Positions 1 through 9,709 of a stretch of DNA of 64,000 nucleotides are shown piece by piece. Where the stretch lies: contig CAYPSA010000001.1 in the NCBI GenBank assembly GCA_964413645.1, positions 159,129-223,128 on the forward strand, read 5' to 3'. The position numbers and the translations under genes were made by a program. How positions within the stretch are numbered: position 1 is the first letter of the stretch; each line of letters begins with the position of its first letter. This DNA comes from an uncultured Gammaproteobacteria bacterium (GTDB lineage Bacteria; Patescibacteriota; Microgenomatia; UBA1406; HO2-37-13b). The notes under the pieces were generated by a model that was not told the DNA's origin, searched no databases, and was given only the letters and a program-made list of their open reading frames with translations.

Positions 1-930
1 ATTGCGCGTGCGGCAGCAGAACAAGCCTTTAGTTTTTATGGCACTACGCAACGAGGATTGTTTGGACTAGATATGGTTCTCTTTATTGGTGCAAATCACG
101 TGGTCCGTGTTGAAGCACATTCACACATAGGAGGGTATTCTGGCCACATCGTTGAGGATCATCTAACTGGCATGCGATTTTATTCCAAACGGTGGAAGAG
201 TGTATATGTACCAGAAGTACTTGCAATTGGTGAAGGACCCGCTACATGGAGCGCTTACTTCGGACAACAAATGCGCTGGGCATATGGACTTATACATATC
301 TTATTAACGGAAAGTCCTCGTATATTTCCGACGATGAAAATAAAACATGCAATTAATTATTTTTTGTTACAGCAATACTACTTCGATGGAATTGCCCAAG
401 CAATTGGTATTTTCCTCTTGGTTCTATATTTCTTTTTTGGAATTAATGCTACTCTTATGCCTCTCAGACCATTGCTAGCATTTTTATTGCCGGTCATAAT
501 TTGGCAGCAGGTTATTTCTCTTTGGCTACAAAGATATAATATTAATCCGCGAGAAGAAAGCGGGTTGCTTTTAAAGGGAAAATTACTTAGTTTAGCGGCA
601 TGGCCTGTCTACTTCATGGCATTTTTAAGTGTTTTTGCTGGTAAACGATTAGGATATGAAGTGACTCCCAAAGGAAATGCGCAAATTCAAAAGATAGATC
701 TTTCATTGTTTTTACCCCACGTAATATTTGGAACTGCAACTGCCCTTTGTGTTATTGTGGGAATTTTGAATGATAATACGCCTCCCAATTTAATCGTTAT
801 AGCTCTTCTAAATACAATAGCAATGTATGGTTTTGTGAGCGTGGCTTTTTTGGATAGATTGAAACTGTGGTATCAAGAGAAGTTCATGCAAAAGAATTTG
901 AAGGTAGCAAGGACAACAGTACAAATCTGA
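1..930 (+). CDS. Cellulose-synthase-like GT2 glycosyltransferase, C-terminal part (truncated by left edge)
   Basis: Frame open from base 1; IVED (TED-like) and QQMRW (QxxRW) motifs followed by several TM helices. Confidence 0.85.
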   Translation: MARAAAEQAFSFYGTTQRGLFGLDMVLFIGANHVVRVEAHSHIGGYSGHIVEDHLTGMRFYSKRWKSVYVPEVLAIGEGPATWSAYFGQQMRWAYGLIHILLTESPRIFPTMKIKHAINYFLLQQYYFDGIAQAIGIFLLVLYFFFGINATLMPLRPLLAFLLPVIIWQQVISLWLQRYNINPREESGLLLKGKLLSLAAWPVYFMAFLSVFAGKRLGYEVTPKGNAQIQKIDLSLFLPHVIFGTATALCVIVGILNDNTPPNLIVIALLNTIAMYGFVSVAFLDRLKLWYQEKFMQKNLKVARTTVQI

Positions 931-1058
931 GGTTTACCCAACTACCTTCAAAATTCTTAACGTTCTATAATCATTCTTGCAAATAAGAATAGTCATGTCA
1001 ATATGGAGTATTTACTAAGACTTGTTAAAGTTATTTTGTAGTGCTATAATACGGCTCC

Positions 1059-1664
1059 ATGAAACAATTTAAGCGCCTATCAACAAAGCAAATTCTATTT
1101 ATTGCATTTCTTGCAACTGCCCTTGTTAGTTTTATTCTCGGCTTTTTTATTCACAATGTATTGCCTATTGCGCAGGTAAATGGTGAATTTATTAGTCGTG
1201 GAACATTCTTAAAAAAACTTGCGATTACAAATGGTCAAGGAGTATTGGAAGCAATGATTGCTGAGAAACTAATTGCACAATCTCTTACAGAAAATAAGAT
1301 TATTGTTACTGAAAAGGAAATAGATACCAAAATTGCAGTTATGAAAAAAGACTTAGCACTCCAGAAAACAACCTTTGAACAACTTCTTGTGAGTACTCGT
1401 CAAACACTACCTCAATTTAGAAATGAACTGCGAACACAATTGGGAGTTGAAAAATTGCTCAAAAAACAAATTACGGTAACGGATAAAGAGATTAGTGATT
1501 ATTTTGTACGAAATAAAATAGTCAAAGGCAAGAATGCAATTCTACGAAGTCAGCTATTATCAATCCGCGACACCATTTATCGAGCAAAGCTTCGACAAGC
1601 ATTCTTAAATTGGTATCAGCTACAAAAAGGTAAGACAAAGGTGCAGTATTACACGGGAATGTAA
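1059..1664 (+). CDS. SurA N-terminal-domain / PrsA-like membrane-anchored foldase
   Basis: N-terminal TM, 'IAQVNGEFIS', 'VTEKEID', 'VTDKEISDYF' helical pattern; no PPIase domain. Confidence 0.7.
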   Translation: MKQFKRLSTKQILFIAFLATALVSFILGFFIHNVLPIAQVNGEFISRGTFLKKLAITNGQGVLEAMIAEKLIAQSLTENKIIVTEKEIDTKIAVMKKDLALQKTTFEQLLVSTRQTLPQFRNELRTQLGVEKLLKKQITVTDKEISDYFVRNKIVKGKNAILRSQLLSIRDTIYRAKLRQAFLNWYQLQKGKTKVQYYTGM

Positions 1665-1686
1665 TAAAATACTGTAGAATAAGTTC

Positions 1687-2367
1687 ATGATATCTGTTGC
1701 AATTCTTACTTCCACGCAGGATTCTGTTTCAAAAAAAACCCTCGATTCGCTAGCATTTATCACCGACATTGTATATTTTCGTGTAGATGCTGATTTTGCA
1801 CATGCCCGAAACAAGGGAATGGAAAATGCTAAGAATGATTGGATTCTATTTGTCGACAGCGATGAAGAGATTTCAAAAGAGCTTGCACAAAGCATCTCTC
1901 ATTTAGATCTAAAGAATAGTGAAATTGGTGCGTATTTTATTCCTCGCCGTGATTTTTTCTGGGGAAAAGAAATGAAATACGGAGAAACGAGTTCGGCACG
2001 TAATCATGGGATTATTCGATTAGTTAAAAAGAGAAGTGGGAAGTGGGTGGGTAAAGTTCACGAGGTATTTCGGGCATCGGGAAGAACTGAGCGATTAGAC
2101 GGATTTATTAATCATTATCCTCATCAGACAATTGCAGCATTTTTAGAGTCTATTAATAATTACTCCACGCTGCGCGCGCAAGAGTTACGCAGCAAGGGAA
2201 TCCGTACAAATGTTTTTCAAATTATATTGTACCCATTGAGCAAGTTTTGGTACACCTATATAGTTAAATTGGGATTTTTAGATGGGCCAGGAGGTTTTGT
2301 ATATAGCTTTATGATGAGTTTTCATTCTTTTTTAGTTAGATCCAAATTGTACTTAAAACAGCAATGA
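1687..2367 (+). CDS. GT2 glycosyltransferase (beta-1,4-glucosyltransferase-like)
   Basis: DFAHARN, WILFVDSDE, VHE and LGFLDG motifs. Confidence 0.85.
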   Translation: MISVAILTSTQDSVSKKTLDSLAFITDIVYFRVDADFAHARNKGMENAKNDWILFVDSDEEISKELAQSISHLDLKNSEIGAYFIPRRDFFWGKEMKYGETSSARNHGIIRLVKKRSGKWVGKVHEVFRASGRTERLDGFINHYPHQTIAAFLESINNYSTLRAQELRSKGIRTNVFQIILYPLSKFWYTYIVKLGFLDGPGGFVYSFMMSFHSFLVRSKLYLKQQ

Positions 2368-3491
2368 AGGCTTTATTGTATTTATTTTTTATACTACTTT
2401 CACTCGGGCAACTTATCCGCATTACTCCTTATCCTTCTATTTCTATTTTAGGGTATGAATTTGTAATGCTGCTCATTATTCTAGTCCGATCAAGTAAGGT
2501 CTCATTTGATGAAGCACGATTTAAATCATATTTTAATGACAACGTGGTTCGTACATGGATCATTTTCTTAGAAATATTACTCATGACTCTCGTTATCAGT
2601 CTTCATAAATTCACCGGAGCACAGAATTTAGTTGCGGGAGCTTATTTAATGCGCCTTGTACTTTATTGCTCATTCTTTTTTTCTTTGTCTGGAATCAAGG
2701 AACAAGTGTTACAAAAGGGGATTCATCTTTTTACTGGCCTAACAATATTTTTCTCTTTCTTACAATATATATTTTTTCCTCGCATAGGGAAATTGGTAAA
2801 TATTGGTTGGGATCCGCATGAATTTAGAGTTTTTGGCACTTTTCTCGATGTAACTCCTACGGGAATAATTTTCACGTTATTATTCTTTTACTACTTGGTT
2901 CGCTATGTATTTGTGCCACGACGCCATTTGTGGAGCGTGGTAATAGTAAGCTTTCTATTTTTACTGATTCTCCTTACTTATTCTCGAATTACGTACATTG
3001 GATTTGTCTGTGGGCTCATTATTCTTATGCTTAGGAAAATTGCAGTACCTACAGTGCTAGGAATCGCCGCGGTATTTATACTAGGTATATTTCTGATTCC
3101 ATCAATCCCAGGTGAAAGTACTAATTTGAAGCGCACATTCTCTATTGAATCACGCTATGAAAACATGCAAAAAGGTATTGCCTTTTGGAAAGATAATAGA
3201 TTGTTTGGTGTTGGGTACAATCAACTTTCTTCATTGCTTGCGAGTAGTGGACCATATGATCATGCGGATTCTGCCTTCAGTTCAAGCTATGTAACGATAC
3301 TTGCAAGTGCAGGAATAGTGGGATTATTGGCATTAATATTTCTGCTTATGAAGATTTACTTAAATGTTTCATTCCTTGGCAAAGTGCTCGTAAGCATTGT
3401 CGCGATTACTTCATTATTTGAAAATGTGTTTTTAGTTGGAGTTGTTCTTGCTGTTTTTCTGCCGTTAATTGCTCTCGAAGATAGCCGTTAG
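2364..3491 (+). CDS. O-antigen ligase/polymerase family membrane protein
   Basis: Many TM helices; RVFGTF, LTYSR, LFGVG and H-x-D/S loop motifs. Confidence 0.75.
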   Translation: MKALLYLFFILLSLGQLIRITPYPSISILGYEFVMLLIILVRSSKVSFDEARFKSYFNDNVVRTWIIFLEILLMTLVISLHKFTGAQNLVAGAYLMRLVLYCSFFFSLSGIKEQVLQKGIHLFTGLTIFFSFLQYIFFPRIGKLVNIGWDPHEFRVFGTFLDVTPTGIIFTLLFFYYLVRYVFVPRRHLWSVVIVSFLFLLILLTYSRITYIGFVCGLIILMLRKIAVPTVLGIAAVFILGIFLIPSIPGESTNLKRTFSIESRYENMQKGIAFWKDNRLFGVGYNQLSSLLASSGPYDHADSAFSSSYVTILASAGIVGLLALIFLLMKIYLNVSFLGKVLVSIVAITSLFENVFLVGVVLAVFLPLIALEDSR

Positions 3492-4145
3492 CTCTTGCGT
3501 TTCAACAGTTCCTGCGCGATTGGTTGCAGTTATGACAATTTTATTTTCACCTTCTTTGATCCGAATAGAAGCCGAAAACTTTCCTTCTGCATTTGCAATA
3601 GTAGGTGATCCATTTACCCTAACTGATACATCTGGATCGGTTGATCCGCTAACAGTAATATCAGTTTGACTAATTCGTGATCCATTGGTTGGTGAATCAA
3701 TAATAAGCTTGGGTTTTTCATTTTGGTAAAGCACCGAGTACGTGTCCGATTTTTTGAAAATATTTAGTTTCTTCATGCGCATTTCTACATAAATTTCATT
3801 GAGTCCTTTTTGTAATAAAATATTTGTATCAAATGTATCTCCGTCAACTACCAATTCCTCCTGATTCGCGCCATTCACAATAATCGAAAGCTGTGAGCCA
3901 TCTGTTGCTGTTCCATGAACCGCAAGTGACGCAGAACTTGTCGCATCTGGAAGTGAAAGTAATTCTGGAGCTAGGACGAAATCCTGGGAATTGATCGTTG
4001 AAGACCCCCGTGATCCACTCGTAATATTGGCGATGAATAGAGAAGTATTGATAAGTAATTTAAATCCAATTGTAGCAAAGAAAATTATCAGTAACACTGC
4101 AAAAATCATTACGGTTAGCAATTGATTTTTCTTTTTTGGGCGCAT
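3465..4145 (-). CDS. Membrane-anchored protein with two bacterial Ig-like domains
   Basis: Start reassigned to ATG 4145 (MRPKKK + TM) because the longer ORF runs through tRNA-Thr; repeated 'V.G.T...V.VNG...F...L..G.N.I.V' pattern. Confidence 0.7.
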   Translation of the reverse strand: MRPKKKNQLLTVMIFAVLLIIFFATIGFKLLINTSLFIANITSGSRGSSTINSQDFVLAPELLSLPDATSSASLAVHGTATDGSQLSIIVNGANQEELVVDGDTFDTNILLQKGLNEIYVEMRMKKLNIFKKSDTYSVLYQNEKPKLIIDSPTNGSRISQTDITVSGSTDPDVSVRVNGSPTIANAEGKFSASIRIKEGENKIVITATNRAGTVETQELTAIFESN

Positions 4146-4174
4146 GTTGTAATTTGGTTTGCCTTCAGGCAGGG

Positions 4175-4247
4175 AGCCAACGGTGGGAGTTGAACCCACG
4201 ACCTCTGCTTTACGAAAGCATTGCTCTACCAACTGAGCTACGTTGGC
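4175..4247 (-). tRNA. tRNA-Thr(CGT)
   Basis: Cloverleaf GCCAACG/CGTTGGC, anticodon loop TT-CGT-AA, T-loop TTCAACT; no encoded CCA. Confidence 0.95.
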
Positions 4248-4259
4248 AACTCCTGTTAA

Positions 4260-4268
4260 ATTATACCA
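4260..4268 (-). promoter_or_regulatory. Extended -10 promoter (TGGTATAAT) for tRNA-Thr
   Basis: Perfect TGnTATAAT 12 nt upstream of the tRNA 5' end. Confidence 0.7.
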
Positions 4269-4318
4269 CGGCTTATAACTACTTGCATTTGAACTAGAGT
4301 GTATTTTATGATGAAGAT

Positions 4319-5686
4319 ATGAGTCAAGATAAGTTTGAAAAAGTGGTAAGTGCACCAGCAGAAGCACTTGATTCTACTGTGCAGGCATCCAGGCAACTGG
4401 CTCAAAGTATTTCTGGTCAGCAATCAGTTAAAAAGGCAAATAAATTCTGGAAAAATTTAGGACCAGGCCTGACAACTGGCGCTGCAGACGATGATCCTTC
4501 GGGAATTGCTACGTATTCTCAGGCAGGCGCACAATATGGTCTTGGTTTGTTGTGGCTTGCGGGTTTCACCTTTCCCCTTATGGCGATAATTCAGGAAATG
4601 TGCGCGCGATTGGGCATGGTTTCAGGTCGAGGCCTTGCGGGAAACATTCGAAAATATTATCCGCGAAGAGTTTTATATTTCATAACACTCCTTTTATTCA
4701 TTGCAAATACAGTGAATATTGGAGCAAATTTGGGAGCAATGGCAAAGGCAAGCCAATTACTTTTTCCAAACGTATCGTTTGTAGTGCTGATCGTTTTTTT
4801 TACTGTAATAAGCTTGGGTTTACAGATTTACAGCACATATGAAAAATTTGCTCGTTACCTTAAGTACTTAGCCCTTATTTTAGTTTCCTATGTAATTTCA
4901 GGTTTTCTTGTTGGACTCTCATTTACAGAGCTCTTCAAGAGTACCGTATTTCCATCAATCGTTTTTAATCGAGAGCAAATTATACTTATCTGTGCCATAT
5001 TAGGAACCACTATTTCTCCGTATCTATTTTTTTGGCAAACGAGTCAAGAAGTTGAAGAAAGCATTTTGGAAGGGAAACTTACTCTGCGCGAGCGACAAAT
5101 GGTGACTAAGCGAGACATTCGAAATATGCGAGTTGATGTGTGGTCGGGAATGTTTGTTTCAAATTTAGTTATGTATTTTATTATTGCAACGTGTGCCGCA
5201 ACGCTTTTTGCCACGGGAATTACAACAATCAATTCTGCTGCCGATGCAGCCGCAGCACTTCGTCCTCTAGCAGGTGAGTCGGCATATTTGCTGTTTACCT
5301 TAGGAATTGTCGGAACAGGTCTTTTGTCTGTACCAGTTCTAGCAGGATCTTCTTCGTATGCTATAAGTGAGAGTTTTGGGTGGAAATTCGGACTGCATAA
5401 AAAACTTAAGCGAGCCACATCTTTTTATGGAGCTATCATGATTTCTATGCTTATTGGTCTCGCGATGAATTTTAGTGGAATTGATCCAATAAAAGCGCTT
5501 ATTTATTCTGCTGTTTTAAACGGTCTCATTGCGCCGTTTATTATTGTCTTTATCGTTCTTCTCAGTAGTAATGAAAGAATTATGGGAGGTTTCAAAAATC
5601 ATCCATTTACCACCTTCATTGGTTGGTTTGTAGCCGGACTTATGGCGTTTGCAGGGGCTGCGACTATCTGGGCACTGTTTTGGTAA
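4319..5686 (+). CDS. NRAMP-family divalent metal transporter
   Basis: LGPGL..GAADDDPSGIATYSQAGAQYG, QEMCARLG and GTTISPYLFFWQ motifs; about 11 TM helices. Confidence 0.92.
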   Translation: MSQDKFEKVVSAPAEALDSTVQASRQLAQSISGQQSVKKANKFWKNLGPGLTTGAADDDPSGIATYSQAGAQYGLGLLWLAGFTFPLMAIIQEMCARLGMVSGRGLAGNIRKYYPRRVLYFITLLLFIANTVNIGANLGAMAKASQLLFPNVSFVVLIVFFTVISLGLQIYSTYEKFARYLKYLALILVSYVISGFLVGLSFTELFKSTVFPSIVFNREQIILICAILGTTISPYLFFWQTSQEVEESILEGKLTLRERQMVTKRDIRNMRVDVWSGMFVSNLVMYFIIATCAATLFATGITTINSAADAAAALRPLAGESAYLLFTLGIVGTGLLSVPVLAGSSSYAISESFGWKFGLHKKLKRATSFYGAIMISMLIGLAMNFSGIDPIKALIYSAVLNGLIAPFIIVFIVLLSSNERIMGGFKNHPFTTFIGWFVAGLMAFAGAATIWALFW

Positions 5687-5694
5687 AATTGGAT

Positions 5695-6858
5695 ATGAAA
5701 CCCAGCCTATCACAGTTATATCTTCTGCATGTTCTTAATGATGGAGTACGTACGGCACTTGTTGTCCTTCTCCCATTTATCGCAAAGGATTTGTCTTTGA
5801 GTCTTACACAAGTTGGATTTTTAGGATCTTCCCAAGGGCTTTTAATGATGCTTTTGGGAATTCCAGCAGGCTTGCTTGCAGCACGGCTCGGAGGTCTTCG
5901 GCTGCTTAGCTTTGCGCTCATTTTATACTCAATTTCCGTAATAGCTATTGCGTTTTCTACAAATATTGCTCTTGTTGTGCTAGCTTTTTACGCAGCAGCG
6001 GTTGGTTTCGGAGTATTTCATCCCGTTGGGTTTGCTTCTATTGCAAAGTATGCTCCCATAGATCAAATAGGTATTTCTATGGGAAAATTTAGTTCTTTGG
6101 GAGAAATTGGACGTATGGGAATTCCCCCTGCGGCAATTTTAGCAACATCGTTTATCGGCTGGCGACCGACCATGATGGTTATGGGAGGTATTGGTTGTCT
6201 TTTATTTATACTCATCAAATTTCTATATAAAATACCCGAGGAACATTCATCGCAAGAAGTAGAACATCATACGGATTGGTTAAAGATGCTTGTATACCTT
6301 GCCAAACAACCTAAAATTCTTTTTTCTGCTTTCTCAAATATGATTGATTCAAGCGCTTCAAATATTGTTACTATTTTTTACCCTTTTGTAATTCTTGCAA
6401 AAGGAGTTACACCTTTTATGTTGGGAATTATGACAGGAGTATATTTTATCGGAGGGCTTTGTGGAAAGATGGTATTGGGTCATGGGGCAGATAAGATGAA
6501 AACATCAACGTTATTTATTACTGCTGAATTAATGATGGCCATTTTGCTTGTTTTTTTAGCACTTTCTACTAATCTTTACGTACTCTTTATGCTTTCATTT
6601 TTCTTGGGAATTTTTACAAAAGGAACTTCATCGGTTGTACAAACACTTATTTCAGAAAGTGCTCAAGAAGCTCATTTTGAAAAGGTTTTTTCAATCAGTG
6701 AAACGCTTTCGGGAGTTGCAGCAGCATCAGCGCCGCTTATAGCAGGGGTAATGGCAGATTCATTTGGTGTACTTTCGACATTGTATTTAGCAGCTTTTGT
6801 TGCTCTATTAGCAATAGTACCTGCATATTTGTCACAGAGTTCTCAAAGAGAGGCTTAG
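5695..6858 (+). CDS. MFS transporter
   Basis: About 12 TM helices, G-x-LAARLG and GHGADKM loop motifs; start at ATG 5695 after a TGGTAAAAT box. Confidence 0.88.
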   Translation: MKPSLSQLYLLHVLNDGVRTALVVLLPFIAKDLSLSLTQVGFLGSSQGLLMMLLGIPAGLLAARLGGLRLLSFALILYSISVIAIAFSTNIALVVLAFYAAAVGFGVFHPVGFASIAKYAPIDQIGISMGKFSSLGEIGRMGIPPAAILATSFIGWRPTMMVMGGIGCLLFILIKFLYKIPEEHSSQEVEHHTDWLKMLVYLAKQPKILFSAFSNMIDSSASNIVTIFYPFVILAKGVTPFMLGIMTGVYFIGGLCGKMVLGHGADKMKTSTLFITAELMMAILLVFLALSTNLYVLFMLSFFLGIFTKGTSSVVQTLISESAQEAHFEKVFSISETLSGVAAASAPLIAGVMADSFGVLSTLYLAAFVALLAIVPAYLSQSSQREA

Positions 6859-6871
6859 GTTCGGATTTACA

Positions 6872-7570
6872 TCACACAATTCCAGCAACAAAAATCATGG
6901 CTTTTACTGGATTACTTTGATCTTTTCGATGCGAAAAAAAAGTACTCGATTGGCAATAGGTACAAACATCACTCGTTTCGATGTTTGACGCTTGAACTCC
7001 TAAATTGGTTAATTGATTTTGGGCAATTTTTTTAAGATCAAGAAATATATTTGAATCTCTTTTGATGACTGCATCGGAGTATTGAGAGAATTTTTCAGTG
7101 ACATCTTTGCCTACCTCATAATGACATGGACCAATTGCTGGACCGATACCGACAAGGAGTTCGGCAGCACTCACTCCATAAGTCACTTGGAAAGTTGTAA
7201 GAGCCTTTTTAATAATTTTACTTTCCAATCCTCTCCATCCGGCGTGTAGTAAGCATAGTATTTCTTTTTCCGGGTGAAAGATCACAATCGGCAAGCAGTC
7301 TGCAACAGTGATTGAGAGATAAACGCCTTTTTCTGAAGTAATCAACCCATCGGTGTGAGGAACAATTTGTCCTTTATCAGCCGCAAAGACAGTTCTAATA
7401 TTATTTCCATGTTCTAGCTCCGCGCTCACAACGCTCTGTGGATCTATGGAGTGTTTTTCAAGAAAAGTATACCTATTACGAGTAATCTCATCGCTTTCCA
7501 ACTGATTACCTGGTAGTTTCATGCTCCCATCGGTGCGAAGAGAGATTACTGAGAAAATTTGTGAGCTCAT
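6872..7570 (-). CDS. pgeF: Peptidoglycan editing factor PgeF/YfiH (laccase-domain) protein
   Basis: DGLIT, VADCLP, HAGWRG, IGPAIGPCHYEVG, CT and FFSHR motifs; start 7570 because the ORF extension lies inside tRNA-Gly. Confidence 0.9.
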   Translation of the reverse strand: MSSQIFSVISLRTDGSMKLPGNQLESDEITRNRYTFLEKHSIDPQSVVSAELEHGNNIRTVFAADKGQIVPHTDGLITSEKGVYLSITVADCLPIVIFHPEKEILCLLHAGWRGLESKIIKKALTTFQVTYGVSAAELLVGIGPAIGPCHYEVGKDVTEKFSQYSDAVIKRDSNIFLDLKKIAQNQLTNLGVQASNIETSDVCTYCQSSTFFSHRKDQSNPVKAMIFVAGIV

Positions 7571-7571
7571 G

Positions 7572-7642
7572 AGCGGGATACGAGAATCGAACTCGCATCT
7601 CATCCTTGGGAAGGATGCATACTACCACTGTACTAATCCCGC
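7572..7642 (-). tRNA. tRNA-Gly(CCC)
   Basis: GCGGGAT/ATCCCGC acceptor stem, anticodon loop TT-CCC-AA, T-loop TTCGATT. Confidence 0.95.
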
Positions 7643-7651
7643 GTTAGCACA

Positions 7652-7660
7652 ATTATACCA
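7652..7660 (-). promoter_or_regulatory. Extended -10 promoter (TGGTATAAT) for tRNA-Gly/pgeF
   Basis: Perfect TGnTATAAT 9 nt upstream of the tRNA. Confidence 0.7.
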
Positions 7661-7668
7661 GTTTATGA

Positions 7669-8214
7669 CTATTTCCCTGGCAATGTTAGTAGGCTTCCTG
7701 TGTAAATTAAGTCAGGATTTGAAATTTTATTGAATTTTGCAATTTCAGGCCAACGGTAACCATCTCCGTATGCGCGAACAGATATATCCCATAAGGTGTC
7801 TCCATCTTTTATCGTGTATTTAGCGTCATTTAACGTTACTTGAGTGGTTTGAATGCTTGTTACGCTGCCTTGTTGCATTAAGATAGGCGTAACGTTAGGA
7901 ATAGTAAGTTCGGCACCAGCCGCAATGGTATTTGGATCAGAAATATTATTTGCTTTCGCAATGTCGTACGCATTATAGCCCGACCCAATTTCTTTTTCTG
8001 CAATGCTCCACAAGGTTTCACCAGCTTTTACTGTATGAACATTTTTCTGTTCCTGCGCTTCGGTCATAGCGGCTTCCTGCTGCTTTACTTTATTTAGCTG
8101 GTTTGTTACTAGTTTATAAGAAACACCCAGACCAATTAAAAATACAAGAAGTCCAACGACGATTGATTGATAGTTATCTAGCGCAATCTCTCGAGCTGAA
8201 CTGTTTTTTATCAT
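7669..8214 (-). CDS. Membrane-anchored protein with two LysM domains
   Basis: HTVKAGETLWSIA...NNISDPNTI and YTIKDGDTLWDIS...NKISNPDLI. Confidence 0.92.
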   Translation of the reverse strand: MIKNSSAREIALDNYQSIVVGLLVFLIGLGVSYKLVTNQLNKVKQQEAAMTEAQEQKNVHTVKAGETLWSIAEKEIGSGYNAYDIAKANNISDPNTIAAGAELTIPNVTPILMQQGSVTSIQTTQVTLNDAKYTIKDGDTLWDISVRAYGDGYRWPEIAKFNKISNPDLIYTGSLLTLPGK

Positions 8215-8307
8215 ACTGCGTACCGTGCATTATAGGAGTATTAATTGATTTATTGCAATATGATCAACTATAACGAAATAGTATAAGACTATACATTAAT
8301 TTTTTTC

Positions 8308-9387
8308 TTAGCGTTCACGCTTCAAGTGTTCACTTATATAGCGAACCTGGAAGGGAGTTAATAGTGGTTGACCTGCTTTTTGACGTGTGCGGACACTTTG
8401 TGAATTAGCCCATCTCATTAAGTTAAAACCATCGAAACTTGGGTCATGTCGAGCAAAGACTTGTTTGCCATTAACTACAGTTCCGGTTGGGATTAATTTA
8501 TCTGGTCTCTGGGGATCAAACGCAGCACGTGCTTCATCTTCAGTATATTGATGTCCAAATGTAAGTTCAGATGAAGTAAGCACTTTATCATACGTAATGT
8601 TATGTCTGTATCCATCGTCAAGTCCAAGTAAATGGCCACCCTCATGAAGTGCAACGTACAATGATTCCGGATTGTGTAAGGCAGTAAAAGCAATGTCGTG
8701 CTTGGTGGTATAATTTGTTGTGCCAAAAAAAATGTCAGTGTTAAGAAAAACTAGGGCTTTATCATAATTTCTACCTGTACTTTTCCGTATTGCGTCCATT
8801 ACGGCCTCAGATTCTTCTGGTCCTCTAACCAGTCGCTCATTAGCTCTTGTAAAAGGAATCGGTACAGGTTTTCTAAGATAAGAAATAGTAATGGGTAACT
8901 GTTCAAAGGCTTGCATAAATTCACGAGCGATATAATGAATTTTACAATTTTCCGATTCATCTCCATCAACCTGCATTAGTAAGATATGTGTATTCTCAGA
9001 ATGTGTTGGTCTACCATCTTGTTCAAAAAACAGAGCATCTTCAGAAGTTTGGTTGGTGCCCATGTCAACAAAGTCTGAAGCTTGAAAAGTTAGCTTTTGA
9101 AGAGATGCAATCTCCTGAGTATCCTGTGGCAAACAAATTATATCGGCGCCTGGTTTAGTGTCGTATGTAGTTTCTCCTACGCGCCCAGCAATATAAGAAG
9201 GTGGTCCATAAAAATCAGGAATGTCATAATGAATAGTTTCTCTAGAAACTGCTAAAGGTGAAAAAAGGGCTGCGCCTATAGCGCCTACTCGTAGCATTCG
9301 ACGTGCATTAATTGACTCCCTGACTCGTTTAAATTTAGTACTGACTGAGCTTTCTGGATTATTGGGAAGTGACTCAAGATGTGCCAT
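8308..9387 (-). CDS. Putative exported zinc metallopeptidase (metzincin-like)
   Basis: HEGGHLLGLDD (HExxHxxGxxD) and a downstream NLM Met-turn candidate; RR + hydrophobic N-terminal segment; start moved to ATG 9387, outside the repeat array. Confidence 0.7.
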   Translation of the reverse strand: MAHLESLPNNPESSVSTKFKRVRESINARRMLRVGAIGAALFSPLAVSRETIHYDIPDFYGPPSYIAGRVGETTYDTKPGADIICLPQDTQEIASLQKLTFQASDFVDMGTNQTSEDALFFEQDGRPTHSENTHILLMQVDGDESENCKIHYIAREFMQAFEQLPITISYLRKPVPIPFTRANERLVRGPEESEAVMDAIRKSTGRNYDKALVFLNTDIFFGTTNYTTKHDIAFTALHNPESLYVALHEGGHLLGLDDGYRHNITYDKVLTSSELTFGHQYTEDEARAAFDPQRPDKLIPTGTVVNGKQVFARHDPSFDGFNLMRWANSQSVRTRQKAGQPLLTPFQVRYISEHLKRER

Positions 9388-9403
9388 GATTCTAAAAACA
9401 AGT

Positions 9404-9707
9404 TGCGCGACTGACCGGACTGCCAACCGGCGACCTGTCCGACAACTGTCGGACCGCTCTAACCAACTGAGCATATGTATGCGCGACTGACCGGACTGCC
9501 AACCGGCGACCTGTCCGACAACTGTCGGACCGCTCTAACCAACTGAGCATATGTATGCGCGACTGACCGGACTGCCAACCGGCGACCTGTCCGACAACTG
9601 TCGGACCGCTCTAACCAACTGAGCATATGTATGCGCGACTGACCGGACTGCCAACCGGCGACCTGTCCGACAACTGTCGGACCGCTCTAACCAACTGAGC
9701 ATATGTA
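9404..9707 (-). repeat. Tandem array of 4 identical 76-bp tRNA-Asp-derived units
   Basis: Units begin at 9404, 9480, 9556 and 9632; minus-strand unit TACATATGCTCAGTTGGTTAGAGCGGTCCGACAGTTGTCGGACAGGTCGCCGGTTGGCAGTCCGGTCAGTCGCGCA. Confidence 0.97.
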
Positions 9708-9709
9708 TG

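Noticed and set aside
4146-4367. N-terminal extensions in the ORF track (also 7571-7603, 10041-10082, 18055-18138, 30985-31089, 44600-44668, 53962-54051)
   Set aside because: They run through tRNAs, repeats or promoters; downstream ATGs match family N-termini and -10 spacing
9404-9707. Four additional functional tRNA genes
   Set aside because: No 5' acceptor strand, no 7-nt anticodon loop and no TTCG T-loop
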